Source of the DNA: the human T2T-CHM13v2.0 reference genome, Homo sapiens
DNA: 64,000 nucleotides
NCBI RefSeq assembly: GCF_009914755.1
Contig: NC_060927.1
Direction: 5' to 3' (one strand)
Position numbers and translations under genes: made by a program. The notes under the pieces are model-generated. The model searched no databases, had not been told where the DNA came from, and was given only the letters and a program-made list of their open reading frames with translations. Positions 41,434-58,713 of this stretch are shown here, piece after piece; the stretch's first letter is position 1, and every line of letters starts with the position of its first letter.

Positions 41434-43094
41434 TTTTCTCATTAGCTTCTTGCCCCTAGTGTTTCTGATTAAAAATCAACCATTAATTTAATTGTATCAC
41501 TGTTTCCTGTATGTTGTCTTTGCATTCTTTGACCACTTTCTAGATTTTCCTTAATCTTGGTTTTCATCTGAGTATGTTTTTCCTTCCTATGATTTACTTC
41601 ATATTTATCCTTCCTGAGATTAACCAAGCTGCTGCAATCTGTGAGTTGATGTCTTTTATTATTTGTGGAAAATTCTTGATTATCTTTTAAAATATTTCTT
41701 CTGCTCCTCTCTCCCTTTATTCCTTCTGGAATACCAATTATACACTTCTTAAACTGTTTGATAGTGTCCTCAGATCTTGAATAATGGTTCTTTTTTAACT
41801 CCTTTTACTCTTTGTATGTAAGTTTGGATAATTTATTTTGAATGTCTTCAAATTTACAGATTCTTTTCTCTTCTGTGTCCAGTCTGCTGCTAATCTCATA
41901 TAAATATTTTTTCAAGTTTTATACTATCTTTTTTATTTCTAGCATTTACTTTAGGCTCATTTTTATAGTTTTTATCTCTTAAATTCTCCATCTGTTCATG
42001 CATGTTGTCTACCCTTTCCTTTATGTACTTCAACATATCTATTATAACTATTGTATGAGACTGGTGCACTGCCTGTTCATTGCACAGAGAGGGTGATCGT
42101 AGTTATTTTAAAATTCCTATTTGACTGTTCCAACATATGAGTTATTTGGGGTCTGTTTCCTTTAATAAATTTTTCTCTTGATAATGACTCCTATTTTTCT
42201 GCCTTTTCATGAGTCTCAAATTTTTATCGAATTCTGAACATTGTATATAAAAAAAGAAAAATAGAAACCGAAGAAAATAATATTTATGTCCAGAAAAAGA
42301 CGTGTCTCTTCTTCCATTGTGCTCTAGCATGTATTTGTGCATGTGGGAGGTTGAAGAGATATGGTGAGTCAACTTAGGTTGTGTTTGAGACACGTTTGAG
42401 CTTTGTTCACCACAGGCGTGTCTTAGCTCTTCTGTTCCACCCTTGGACTTTGGCAGGCCATATATATCTCAACTTGGGTGTGAGGGGAATTCTCTCTCAG
42501 CAATTTGTCCTCTCACCCCCAGTAGCATATGGTTAATGCTGGGCATGGTTGTGTGTGTGTGTGTTATTTTTTTCTCAGTTCTCTCCACTATTCTCATAGT
42601 TGAGTAGGTACAAATCTTCACTTCAGGGGATTCGCTTTTAGCCTTTCCTTCAGCAGCAGACAGCCACAGCCTGGTATTCAATCTAAGTTTAAGCTCCTTT
42701 GTGGGGTTTCTTTTAATCCTCTCACATACACCCTTAGACTTAAGCAGTCCCAGGGGATGTGCCTGGAGAGGCACTCTCTTAGCTCTCCTCCTCTTGCTCT
42801 AGTGGTAGACAGCTGTGGTACTTAGAATGAGGCCCAACTTGGCCTAGAACATTTTTCTCACTTCTCCTGGTCTGCCATAGTCTTCACTATCATTGCTTCT
42901 CAGTTCTCCTGCCCTGTCCCTAGTTTTTCTCATGAATACTCATGAAGGCCTGTGGAAAAGAACTGGTTGTGGGGAGAGGAGTGGGTGGGTCCCCTTTCAT
43001 TTGGGGATCTCAGGCTAAACCTGTACATATATGGTCTTAAAATTTGCTGAAAAGTTAGCAAGTTTCTTCTTACCTTCATCTAAAGTGGTTTCTT

Positions 43095-44773
43095 GATATA
43101 TATTTTTTCCCATTCTGTAGGTTATCTGTTTACTCTGCTGACAGTTTCTTTTGCTGTACAGAGCTCTTTAGTTAAATTGGGCCCATTTGTCAATTTTTGA
43201 TTTCATTGCAATTGCTTTTGAGGTCTTAGTCACAAACTCTTTCCAAGGTCAACATCCAGATATGTGATCCCCATATTTTCTAGAATTCGTGCAGTTTGAT
43301 ATCTTACATTTAAATATTTAATCCATCTTGCATTAATTTTTGTATATGGTGAAAGGCATCCAATTTCATTCTGCATATAGCTATCCATATAGTCTAACAC
43401 CATTTATTGATTAGGCAATCCTTTTTCCTTTGCTTATTTTTGTCAGCATTGTCAAAGTTCAGATGGCTATAGGTGTGCAACTTTATTTCTGGGTTCTCTA
43501 TTCTGTTCCATTGATCTCTGTATCTGTTTTTGTACCAATACCATGCTGTTTTGGTTACTGTAGCCCTGTCATGTAGTTTGAAGTCAGGTAATGTGATGAC
43601 TCTGGCTTTGTTCTCTTTACTTAGGATTACTTTGGTTGTTCAGCCTCTTTTTTGGTTTCCTAGGAATTTTAGAATAGTTGTTTCTAATTCCAGAAAATAA
43701 TGTTGGTAATTTGATAGGAATAATGTTCAATCTGTAGACTGCTTTGGGCAGTATGGCCGTTTTAACAATATTGATTCTTCTGTCCATGAGCATGAAATGT
43801 TTTTCCCTTTGTTTGTATCATCTATTTTATTTCTTTCAGCAGTTTTTTAGTTCTCTTTGTAGAGATCTTTCACCTCCTTGGTTGGATGTATTCCTAGGTA
43901 TTTTTCTTTTATATGTAGCTATTGTAAACAGGATTGCGTTCAAAAGACATAAGCAGACAGTTCTCAAAATAAGACTTACAAATGACCAACAAACATGTGA
44001 AAAAGTTTTTCACATCACTAATCATCAGAGAAATGCAAATCAAAACTGCAATAAGATATCATCTCATACCAGTCAGAATGGGTATTGTTAATAAGCCAAA
44101 AATCCACAGTTGTTGGCAAGGCTGTGGAGAAAAGGAAACACTTTTCCATTTTTGGTGGTAATGTAAATTAGTTTAGCTACTATGGAAAAGTGTTTGAAGA
44201 TTTCTCAAAGGACTTAAAACAGAACTATGTTAGACTGAGAAATCCCACTACTGGGTATATATTCAAAGGAAAATAAATCATTCTACATAAAAAAGACACA
44301 TGTACCTGTATGTTATTTGCAGCATTATTCACGATAGCACAGACATGGGATCAACCTAGAGTGGCCATCAATGTTGAATTGGATAAAGAAAATGTGGTAC
44401 ATAAACACTGTGGAATACTACACAGCCATAAAAAATAATGAAATTATGTTCATTCCAGCAACATGGATGTAGCTGGAGGCCATTATCCTAAATGGATTAG
44501 CACAGGAACAGAAAACCAAATACCACATGTTCTCACTTATGAGCAGGAGCTAAACATTGGTTACTCATGGACGTAAATATGACAACAGTAAACACTGGGG
44601 ACTATAGAGATGGTAGGGAGGAAGGGTTGAAAAACTAACTGTTGGGTACTATGCTCAGTTCCTGGGTGATGGGATCATTCATATTCCAAACCTCAGAATC
44701 ACACAGTATACCCAGGTAACAAACCTGCACAGGTAGCCCTGAATCTAAGATAAAAGTTGAAAACATAAATAGT
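43095..44773 (+). mobile_element. L1PA16-like LINE-1 with 5' inversion
   Basis: Antisense ORF2 43095-43940 then sense 43941-44770 ending ctgaatctaagataaaagttga; TSD aagtRgtttctt at 43083-43094 and 44774-44785. Confidence 0.88.
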
Positions 44774-44802
44774 AAGTAGTTTCTTCTTTCTTCCGCTACT
44801 CA

Positions 44803-47109
<2,307 letters not shown>

Positions 47110-48481
47110 AAAAACGAAGCAGCCGTATATTACTTGTCATCTGGAAGAGGCTTGTCACATTGTGGATTTTAGTTCAATACTGCCTTTTTAAAAATTGCTT
47201 GATGACCTGTTCTCTCACGGGCTTTGAAAAGACTTTGGCTTTGTGTATTATCTGGCTTTTTGTGTCATTAAAGTAGGAACAAATGAATCTTGTGGCTGGC
47301 TTCCAGTCCTCAACAGCAGTGGAAGTCCATAACTGCTTTTTAAAGTGTTTATCTCGGAAGGTCAGTGTAGTGTACCTAGGAAGTGAATTGAGCCAGCATT
47401 ATCATCTTCATTTTGCAATAAAGTGAAATCAGTTTCACAGGGTAGGAATAGATCAGAACCTGGATTCTTTTAACTGTCTTTTCTCTTTTCTCAACTATTC
47501 TTGCTCTACGTAGCCAGTTGTAAAACATAGCTCATTTAAAACCAATCACTCTGCAGCCCTAGCAGGGTATGATTATACCCTACAGTAATCCGTACCACTG
47601 TACAGATTTAAACTGAATTGTGTGAGGTAGAGAGAAGTAGGAACAAAGCTCTCTGGTAGAAAAACTTGCCATACTCTCGAGGCTATCAAGCATATGCTCA
47701 TAGTCATATATCTGGGTAATTTTGGCTTCTGTTTATGAAGCCATCTTCCAAGCATTAATTGTCTCACCACTGTTGCATTTAGTTGCAACAACTTTAAAAA
47801 GTGGAATGGTTAGGTTAGAGCCTCACTGGAATTAGAGCATGTAGTTCTAGGATGGCCAAAGCTAGCTGTTGAGATCATTAAATTTTGTTACTTTTTATAA
47901 GGATATCAATTCACTGGTCATGAAATGAACTTTGTGTTTTCATTGATAATTGACTCAAATGATTTGTTTAACAAAATTGTATAGCTCCTTGATACAGAAT
48001 ATAAATACTCATATAAATTCCATGTAACTAATTTTTTTGCACCTAAATTTAGGATTATATTCAAATAGCAAATGCCTTGAGGTGCTCTGATACTGAGCTT
48101 CCCAGTTTTTGTTGAGCTAGTGACATATTTGTTTAATCAATCACACATATTGGTTTTTAAAACTACCTTTGTCTTTAAGCTTGACTTAAAAGGCCTAGGC
48201 TAAGCAAATTGAAGAATTTAGTTAGGCACAGCAATAGCTCTTGGTTAATGTAAACCACAAATAATTAGGATTCATGTGGCTGGCAATGTAACTTTTAATA
48301 TAATGGACAGAATTTTATTAGTTTGCCCAGGGTTTATCCAGGGAAGTCCTCAAAGTCATTTTAAGGCCACTGGAAAAAGATCTGTCAGTCTTCTCTATAA
48401 ACTATGGCCTAAGCTACTTTTTAGAATATCAGGTTATGAGTATCTTTAAGAAACTAAAAATAGATTACTGTAGAAGTTCTT

Positions 48482-49260
48482 TGTTTTCCCAACTTTTATT
48501 TTAGGTTAATGGGTACATGTGTAGGTTTGTCACATGAGTAAACTGCATGTCACTGAATTTTGATTCAATCACGCAAGTAGTGAGCATAGGACCCAATAGG
48601 TAGTTTTTCAACCCTTGTCCCCATCTCACCCTCCCCACTCTAGTGGTCCCCATTGTCTATTGTTCCCATCTTTATGTCTATGGGTACTGAACATTTAGCT
48701 CCCACTTATAGGTGAGAACATGTATTATATGGTTTTCTGTGTTAATTCGCTTAGGATAATGGCCTCCAACTGCATCCATTTTGCTGCAAAAGACATGATT
48801 TGATTCTTGTTTATGGCTTTGTAGTATTGCATGGTGTATATGTACCACAGTTTCTTTATTCAGTCCACTGTTGATGGGCATTTTTGGTTGATTCCATGTC
48901 TTTCCTATTGTGAATAGTGATGTGATGAATATCCAATAGCATGTGTGTTTTTTGTACAATGATTTATATATATTTTTTGTATATGCAGTAGTGGGACTAC
49001 TGGATCAATGTAGTTCTGTTTTAAATTCTTTAAGAAATCTTCAAACTCAAACAGTGGTTGAACTAGTTTACATTGCCACCAACAGTGTATAAGTGTTCCC
49101 TTTGCTTCTCCAGCTGGCCAATATCTTTTTTTTTTTTTTTTGTCTTTTTGATATAGCCATTCTGCCTGGTGTGAGAGAGTATCTCACTGTGGTTTTGATT
49201 TCCACTTCTCTGATAATAATGTTGAGTATTTTTTCATGTATTGGTTGGCTGCATGTATGT
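48482..49260 (-). mobile_element. L1PA15/16-like 3' end
   Basis: caacttttattttagg...gggtacatgtgtaggtttgt...; TSD tagaagttctt at 48471-48481 and 49261-49271. Confidence 0.9.
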
Positions 49261-49946
49261 TAGAAGTTCTTAAGGCTGATGTGAAGTGTAGATGTTACAG
49301 CTTTCTTTCTTTGCACACATTCTCAGTTTGTAGCTATGGATAGGAAATTGAAGCATGAGTGGGTACTTCTGAGATTAGGGTCCCCAGCTTCTATTCAGCT
49401 ATCCAGTTCTGCATAGCAGATACCAATTCTTCCCCTAAACAATTTTTTTCCTCTGTGTACTGATTCTTATCTATCAAGGGAGATTTATTTCAAGAAACAC
49501 TAGTGGATGAGTCATGAAATATGATAGAAATTGATTTTAAAGGTGTTTTCTGAAAAGGGAAGAAATTCAGTAAAAATGATGTATAAAACAACCTACCCTA
49601 TTCCTCAAACAATTAAATGTGAAATTGATCAGCTGATACCTTGTATTATTCTCTATAATATGAGTTAGCAGCTTATAGGAGGGGAAGGACATGGGGTTGT
49701 TTTATTTAGAAATCATATTTTAGTGATCAGTTTAAACTTTAGATATTTCCAGCTAAAGGAGTAATTTTCAGCATTACTTCTAATACTTGCTAAATTAAAA
49801 ACCTTTTTTAGTAGAATTTACCAAAAATTCTACATGTGGTAAACATAAAACTAATATTTCTCAGTGTGTACTACTGGCTGAGTTATGTTAGCTCTTTTTT
49901 TAAAAAATTTTATTTTAGGTTTGGGGGTACATGTACATTATCTCTG

Positions 49947-50020
49947 CAGCAGTGGTACTCAAAATGTAGTCCCCAGACCAGCAGCAGTAGCATAATTTGG
50001 GAAATCATTGGAAGTGCAAA
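49947..50020. mobile_element. MER5A fragment
   Basis: cagtggtactcaaaatgtagtccccagaccagcagcagtagcat. Confidence 0.7.
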
Positions 50021-50822
50021 TCAACATGAAATAAGCCATACATATTCAAAAGTATAAAATTTGATACCTTTTGGCATATGTAAGGCCCAAGAAATTACTA
50101 TCATAATCAAAAGAATGAACACATCCATTACTCTCAGATGTTTCCTTGCGCCACTTGGTAATTCCACCTTTCCTTCCTCCTCATCTCCTGGTAACTACTG
50201 ATCTACTTTCTGCTGTATAGATTATTGTTCATATTTCTAAAATCAATATGAATTAAATCATGTGTACTTTTTAAGGTTAATAGATTTTTAAAATATTATT
50301 AGGTTTACAGAAAAAAAAAAATTGAGTGGAAAGTATAGAGAGTTTCCATGTGCTCACTCCCCTTGCCATTCCCTGATCAATTTCACCTATTTTTATTATC
50401 TTGGATTAGTGTGGTAAATTTTCTATAATTGATGAACCAATGTTGAGACATTATCATTCATTAAAGTCCATAGTTTACATTACAGTTCACTGTTTGTGTC
50501 ATGTATTCTATGGGTTTTGACAAATGTGTAGTGACATGTATCTATCATTATGGTATCATACAGAATGATAGTTTTACTGCCCTAATAATCTCCTTTGCGC
50601 CACCTATTTATCCCTTGCTTCTCCTGAACCTATAGTGCTCACTGAGCCTTTTACTTCTTCATGATTTTTGCCTTTTTCATAATGCAATATGATTGGAATC
50701 ATATAATGTGTAGTCATTTCAGATTGATTGGCTCCTTTGGCTCAGCTATATGCATTCAAGGTCCATTCATTTCTTTTCATGGCTTGATAGCTCATTTCTT
50801 TATAATTTTAATTAAATTATTA

Positions 50823-50945
50823 TTTTTTTTTGTGACAAGGTATTGCTGTGTTGCCCAGGCTGGTCTCAAACTCTTGGCCTCGGATAAACCTCATGCCTTG
50901 GCTTCCAAAGTGCTAGAATTACAGGCGTGAGACATTGCACCTGGT
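50823..50945 (-). mobile_element. FLAM / Alu monomer
   Basis: tgttgcccaggctggtctcaaactcttggcctc...ccaaagtgctagaattacaggcgtgag. Confidence 0.85.
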
Positions 50946-51760
50946 TTCATTTCTTTTTACCATGAGTAATATTCTACTGTACACATGCCCTACAGTTTGT
51001 TTATTCACCTATTGAAGGATATCTAGCTTGCCTCTAAGTTTTGGTGATTATAAATAAGCTGCTATAAACATTTGTATGCAGGTTTTTGTGTGAAATAAGT
51101 TTTCAACTAATTTGGGTAAATACGAAGAAGCATGATTGCTGAATCACGTAGTATGTATAATTTTGTAAGAAACTGCCAAACTGTCTTCCCAAGTAGCCTT
51201 ACCATTTTGCATTCCCACCAGTAATGATAAGAGTTTCTTTTGCTCTACATTCTGATCAGTATTTGGGGTTGTGAGTGTTTGGGATTTTGGCCATTGTAAT
51301 AGATATGTAGTAGTATCTCATTGTTGTTTTAATTTGCAATTCCCTCATGACACATAAAATGAAGCATCTTTTTATACTGTTACTTTTTGTCTGTGTATCT
51401 TCCTTTATAAGGAGTCTTTTTAGATTTTTTGCCAATTTTTAATTTTTTTCTCATTGTTGGATTTCAAGAATTCTTATATATTTTATGTCAATCTTTTTTC
51501 TGATGTGTTTTTTGCGAAGATTTTCTCGAAGCTTTTGACTTGCCCTTTCATTCTCTTAATTTACTATTTCTTGACTGACCTCTTTTATTAAGCAAAATAA
51601 TTTTGAGAATGGTATATGTTGTTGCATATATAGTTTTTAACACTGATAGTAGTATTCCATTGTACCAACATACTGTATCATAATTTACTTATCACTTTAA
51701 CTGCTGGTAGATATTTTGGTTGTTTCCAGTTTTTGACTATTACAAGTAAAGGTGGTATAA

Positions 51761-52066
<306 letters not shown>

Positions 52067-52474
52067 GACAAGTTTCTGTATGGAGACATATGCTTTCATT
52101 TTTCTTGTGTAAAGACCTACGTATGGAAAAACTATACCCTATGGTAGGTGTATGTTTAATTTTTTTAAGAAGCTGCCAAGTGTTTTTTCCAAAATGGTTG
52201 TATCACTTTATATTCCTACTAGCTTTGTGTGTGTATTCTAGTTCCTCTACATCTTCACTAACAGATGGTATGATCAGCCCTCTTAATTTTTGTAATTCTA
52301 ATAGATACATAATGCAACATGATCTTGAATACTTTAGCTTTCTAATAATTCACAAAGGTGATCGTATAAGTTCCAACTTGGTTCTTCTTTTTCAACATTT
52401 GGAGGAAGTGTAGAAATTATCATTTAAAAAGATAAAAACAATTTGAATTTTCTGCCTTCTGTCATTTTATCTGG

Positions 52475-52805
52475 AGTGATAGTTCTCAATATGCTATCTG
52501 GGGGCTTCTGGAGGCCCTGTTGCAGAGGATCTACAAGGTCAAAACTTAACCATCAGATGATTTTTTTTTTTTAATTTCATTATTTCACAAGTGTGCACTG
52601 AGTTTTCCAGAGACTGCTTAATGAGTGGTGATGTGATTTATCTGACAGCTGGTAGAATGTGTGCTTGTGCATTTTTGTATATTTAAAAATTCTCAGTTTT
52701 AATTCTGAATATGATAAATGTTGATACACTTAACCCTAAATAGGGAAAGCCTCCTTTGACTCTTCAATGATTTTTAAAGATATAAAGTGGTTCTGAGACC
52801 AGATA
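52475..52805. mobile_element. Charlie4-like hAT element
   Basis: gttctcaa...aggtcaaaact...gagttttccagagact...gatttttaaagatataaagtggttctgagacca. Confidence 0.65.
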
Positions 52806-55246
52806 TCTAAACAAAAGTTAAAGAAAAAAATTGTATAATAAAATATGGAGATGTATAGAAATGAGACAAAGCAAATAATGTGAAAGAAAAAGAATGTCTT
52901 CAAACTTCAAAATGTACTGTATTTTCTTTTTCAAACTGTGAAGGGAAGGGAATCTACGCACATCTATACATGCTGTTTTTGGCCCTAGAGGCCTGGCCTT
53001 TATTCCGATGTTGGCAGAATTCTGCTTTCTATAGCACTACACTTGCTGTCTCATTGCTTTATCCTAGGGTCATATTTAACCCACAGCCTCTTTCCACTGT
53101 GCCTGGCCAAATGGAGCATTTTTCAAAGTTTATGAGAAGTGCCACTAGTTAACTTGCTTCCAATATGAAAATATGACCACAGGGACTGAGAAAAGTTGGG
53201 GTTTGGTATTGAAGCCCGCTGTGCTTCTCTGAGAGCTGTGACAGCAGCTGGGATTCTGTCATCCTGGGAAATCTTAGGGGTCAATAGAGACATAAGCAGC
53301 AATGACTGTCAAAGGGAATATGATGTTTTCTGTTTCTTCATGTCTATTGGTATATTCATTATTTGTTAATATGTACATGGTTTCACTTGCATGAAGAGAG
53401 GGTTTCAGAATGAGTAATCAGTATTTTTCACCTCTTGATTGGTATCTTGAGTAGTCATGGGGCTAGTAGGTGATGCTTCTAATTTCTACCTCGGCACCCT
53501 TTGGTTCCCATAGCCTCAGTTGCTAAGTTTGCCATACAAGGCTGAGATTTACAAAGCTATGGGAGGAACAAATGGTTGCAAAATTCTACTAAAACAAATC
53601 AGGGTAATTAATTCTTTGTTTAATAATGTCACTTACTGTTTGTGTAAGTGCCACACCAGTTTCTTTTGCTATTTATAACATTTCTTTTCTAATGTTAAAA
53701 ATCTCCCCAGAGCACAAATCTAAAATATAAAACATTTAGGCAAATGAAATTAAGTCCCATTTTTTTAAGATGTAATTAATAGTTTCTTAAACTCTTTGCA
53801 GATCTTTAACTTGCTTTTACTTTCAACAGCTGCAATGTTCATTCTTCTTTATATTTGTAAATACAATATATTTTTTCCTCCTGAGGTTAACTTGAGGCAT
53901 TCAAATGAAAACAACTGAATAAGGGTTTTAAAAATAAATTAGCCATACATAAAAATATAATTTTGTGTTTTGTGTATTCTTGTAGATGTGGGATTTGGTT
54001 TTAGTCCAATAATTTTATTAAATCTCAGTATTTTAGAATGAAAATATATCCCTTAGTTCTAAAGGCAATTTTAAGCAGTCAAATTTTAAGTGCTTACCTG
54101 GATCTTTCCCAAGTGTTCTTCAGATTAAATTAACCAGATACTTACAAATCTACAAATTATTTCAACAGTATCATAACATGATTAAAGATTCAAGAGTAAA
54201 TAAGCCTAAGGAGCAACACTCACAGCATAAGAAAATATTTAAGACTCTAAGAAACAAGATTAAAGGTGGAAATATTGGTACATATTTTATATCCTCTATT
54301 TTCACTAAGATAAATTAAAATTACTAATACACAATGGGGAAAGTATTCCCTATTCAGTAAATGGTTCTGGGGTAGCTGGCTAGCCATATGCAGAAGAAAG
54401 AAACTGGACTCCTACCTTTCAATGTATACAAAAATTAAAGATGGATTAAAAATTTAAATATAAGACCTCGAACTATAACAATCCAAGAAATCAATGTAGG
54501 AACACCATTCTGGACATTGGCCTTAGGAAACAATTTATGACAGTCCTCAAAAGCAATTGCAACAAAAACTAAAATCTACAAGTGGGACCTAGTTAAACTA
54601 AAGACCTTCTGCTCAGCAAAAGAAACTATCAACAGAGTAAAGAGACACCCTACTCAATGAGAGCAAATATCCACAAACTACGTATCCAACAAAGCTCTAA
54701 TCTCCAAAATCTGTAAGGAACTTAAATAATTGAACGAGACAAAAAAAAAAAAAAAAAAACAAACCAACCAACAAACAAAAAAAAAACCACCATTTAAAAA
54801 AATGGGCTAAAAACATGAATAGATGCTTTTCAAAAGAAGACATACAAGTGACCAACAAACATGTGAAGAAATGCTCCACATCACTAATCATCAGAGAAAT
54901 GCAAATGAAAACCTCAGTGAGATACCATACCACGCTAGTTAGAATATCTTTTATTAAAGAATCAGAAAATAACAGATGTTGATGAGGCTGCAGAGAAAAG
55001 GGAATGCTTATACACTGTTAATGAGAATGTAACTTAGTTCACCCATCATGGAAAACAGTTTCGAGATTTCTCAAAAGGCTTAAAACAGAACTACCATTTG
55101 ACCCAGCAATCCCGTTACTGGGTATATATCCAAAAGCAAACAAACCATCCCATGAAAAAGACACATGCACTCACATGTTCATTGCAGCACTATTCACAAT
55201 AGCAAAGACATGGAACCAACCTAGGAGCCCATAAATCATGGATTAG

Positions 55247-55251
<5 letters not shown>

Positions 55252-55288
<37 letters not shown>

Positions 55289-55626
55289 ATATATGTGCAT
55301 ATATATATGTGTGTGTGTATATATATACACATATATATGTGTATATATATGTGTATATATATACATATATATGTGTATATATATGTGTATATATATACAT
55401 ATATATGTGTATATATATACACACACATATATGTGTATATATATACACATATATATGTGTATATATACACATATATATGTATATATATACACATATATAT
55501 GTATATATATACACATATATGTGTGTATATATATACACATATATATGTATATATATGTGTGTATATATATACACACATATATATATGTGTATATATATAC
55601 ACACATATATATATGTGTATATATAT
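55252..55626. repeat. Compound (TA)n/(TG)n/(CA)n microsatellite, about 375 bp
   Basis: Alternating purine-pyrimidine tract; source of the YI/CV-repeat ORFs in all six frames. Confidence 0.98.
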
Positions 55627-55831
55627 GGCACATATACACCATGGAACACTACACAGCCATAAAAAGAATACAATCATGTCCATTGCAGCAACATGGATGC
55701 AGCTGGAGGCCATTATCCTAAGCAAATTAATGCAGAAACAGAAAATCAAATACCGCATGTTCTCACTTATAAGTGGGAGCTAAACATTGGGTACTCATGG
55801 ACATAAAGATGGCAGCAGTATACACTGGGTA

Positions 55832-56201
55832 TGTATTAGTCCATTCTCACATTGATATAAAGAACTTACTGGATAATTTATAAAGGAAGTAGGTTTAATT
55901 GACTCACAGTTCCACAAGTCTGGGGAGGCCTCAGGAAACTTACCCTCATGGGGGAAGGTGAACGGAAAGCAAGCTTGTACGTTCTCACGTGGTGGCAGGA
56001 GAGAGAAGAATGAACAAAGGAAGAACTTGCCAAACACTAATAAAACCATCAGATATTATGAGAACTCACTATCACAAGAACTGTATGGGGGAAACTGCCC
56101 CATGATCCAGTCATCTCCCACTGGGTCTCTCCCTTGACATGGGATTATGGGGATTACAATTCAAGATGAGATTTGGGTGGGGACACAGCCAAAGCATGTC
56201 A
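55832..56201 (-). mobile_element. THE1 (THE1D-like) MaLR solo LTR
   Basis: TG...CA ends; tttaattgactcacagttccaca..ggggaggcctcag...caagatgagatttgggtggggacacagccaaa; TSD gggta/gggga at 55827-55831 and 56202-56206. Confidence 0.9.
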
Positions 56202-57040
56202 GGGGACTACTAGAGTTGGGTGAAGGGAGGCGACAAGGGTTGAGAAACTAACTGTTGGATACTATGCTCGGTCCCTGCATGACAGAAACATTCACACCCC
56301 AAACCTCACCATCACACAATATACCAGGTAACATACCAGCCCATGTACCTCCTGAATCTAAAATAAAAGTTTAAAAATAAATAACTTGCTAATACAAAAT
56401 AGAATAATGGCCTGTGCCATCAGCTTGTGCTTACGGTTCATTAGTTATCACTGGCAAAACCATGGCATTCTGTGTTCTAAACACTATGGTCACTGTGTTT
56501 ATTCAGCATGCACTTTTGAGCTACCTCTATGATAATGATTATGTTATTAGGATGATTATATTACTGTATTCTGTGTATAGATCACACATACAATTCTATG
56601 ATTATAGTTTTACAGAAATTATAAATCTATGGTAGTATCTTAAAATGTATATACCCTCTATTATTTTTTGAATATTAATATGTGTTTAGATAACCATATT
56701 TCCTTCATGAGATTATATGATTGGCATATAAGAGCTGAAAGTATATTTTATTCAGGTAAAATACAAATCTGCTAGTTGAATGTTCTTATTCTTACAAAAT
56801 AAAATTATTAAATTTTTAAAAATCTAACATTAATGTTTTTTAATTTTTCATAAACTGAATGAAATCTATAGGCAGGAGACAGTAACAATATGTAGAAAAG
56901 CAAGAAAATATGTTGTGGTCATGGTTGTTATTTCAATATTGCAATTACTGTATAGAAGTGACTTATTATCAGATAGAAATTGCATGGTATAAAAAAAGTA
57001 AAACCAACTAAAAGACAAATGTGTTATGATACATGGAGCT

Positions 57041-57290
57041 GACTGGGTGCAGTGGCTCATGCCTGTAATCCCAGAACTTTGAGAGACCGAGAGGGAAAGA
57101 TCCCTTGAGCCCTGGAGTTCAAGATCAGCCTGGGGATGTCTGTGGTCCCAGCTACTACTCGGGGGGCTGAGGTGAGAGGATTGCGTGAGCTGAGCGGGTG
57201 ACATTACAGTAAGTCATGATCATGCCACTGCACTCCAGCCTGGATAACAGAGTGAGAACCTATCTCAAAATAAATAAATAAATATATATA
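57041..57290 (+). mobile_element. AluJ with internal deletion of the linker region
   Basis: cttgagccctggagttcaagatcagcctggg is joined directly to tgtctgtggtcccagctac. Confidence 0.85.
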
Positions 57291-57463
57291 TATGGAATTT
57301 TAAAATTGAGGGTGGTATGATCAGCCTGGTAGCCACAGGGTTCCCTGTGTTGTGTCTGATTTCATCTTTCTCCTATAGCCAACATCTGTTCAATTCTTAT
57401 GTCTTTAGTGCATAAAAATGAGATCTATAGGTTATTTGATGTGAGAATGTACACCTTTGGGGA

Positions 57464-57464
<1 letters not shown>

Positions 57465-57508
<44 letters not shown>
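57465..57508. repeat. (TG)22 microsatellite
   Basis: Perfect 44-bp TG run. Confidence 0.98.
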
Positions 57509-57509
<1 letters not shown>

Positions 57510-57952
57510 AGGGGGAGGGTAATAAAGTTCAGGCACCTTTTATGAGTACCATTGTCAGAGACTGACCTTCCATGCTAGATCTGCCTGGCACTAGCCACCC
57601 TAATGAATCATCATGAAGCCCAGAACTAGTTTTGCTCTGATTGGCTCTCATCATTAAAAAGGAGGTATTCTTAAAAAATACATAAATAAAAAAATTGAGA
57701 GTATGCTTTAGGTGCATTATTCCCTGCCTGAGATGCTAACAAGTTACTGTGTCTGAGGGATGGAGAAGGCCAGAATGGCCAGCTAAGCACTCAGGAGAAT
57801 GGGGAGCAGGGCACCAATGGAGCAGTGCAGAGAGCCCTCCCTTCCCTTCTCTCTCACTCATTTTACCAGTGAAACTCACCAGCAAAACATTCCTGAGCCT
57901 TTGGCATCCCAAATGTAATTAAGTCACCTTTCTCCTATTTAAGAAATTACTG

Positions 57953-58260
<308 letters not shown>

Positions 58261-58713
58261 TTATTACAGTGCCAGCAATAGAAAAGTTTCCCTAAATATT
58301 TATAGAGTGGTTTTTGAATAGAACTTTGAATTACTTTATATAGAAAAGGAAATCATTTGTGAACTTGTACACTTTATCATTAGTTTAAAAATTATGAGAC
58401 ATTGCAGGTTAGATTCTGATCTTGAGCAATGGGCAATATTGATACAGTTCAGAGCCACTAGTGTAGTATCAATGATATGAGAGGGATGCCAGTGTCACAA
58501 AGTGGATCAAGGCAGAGGATCCAAGGACAAGCCAGGCAGGACAAGCAGGACAGGAGTTGGAATCAAGGAGAGGGATTCCAAGAATGAAATAAATTCTATT
58601 TTGCAGTTGGCTGCCTTCATTCTCCTCCTGGTTGTATTAAAGTGGTTTTCCAACTGGGTTTCGAAGCCTTGAGGTCCTAGGGAGAGAGAAGGGAGCAACA
58701 CTGTATGTGTAAG

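Larger units (their letters stand above)
54332..56382 (+). mobile_element. L1PA16-like 5'-truncated LINE-1 containing a microsatellite and a THE1 LTR
   Basis: Sense ORF2 3' end and 3' UTR ending ctgaatctaaaataaaagtt; degenerate TSD aaMttRctaataca at 54318-54331 and 56383-56396. Confidence 0.88.

Noticed and set aside
49507-49515. AP-1 site atgagtcat and other isolated TGASTCA motifs
   Set aside because: Seven-mers expected several times by chance in 64 kb; no clustering
55190-55783. Six long Y/I/C/V/H/T-rich ORFs
   Set aside because: Translation of a dinucleotide microsatellite that contains no stop codons
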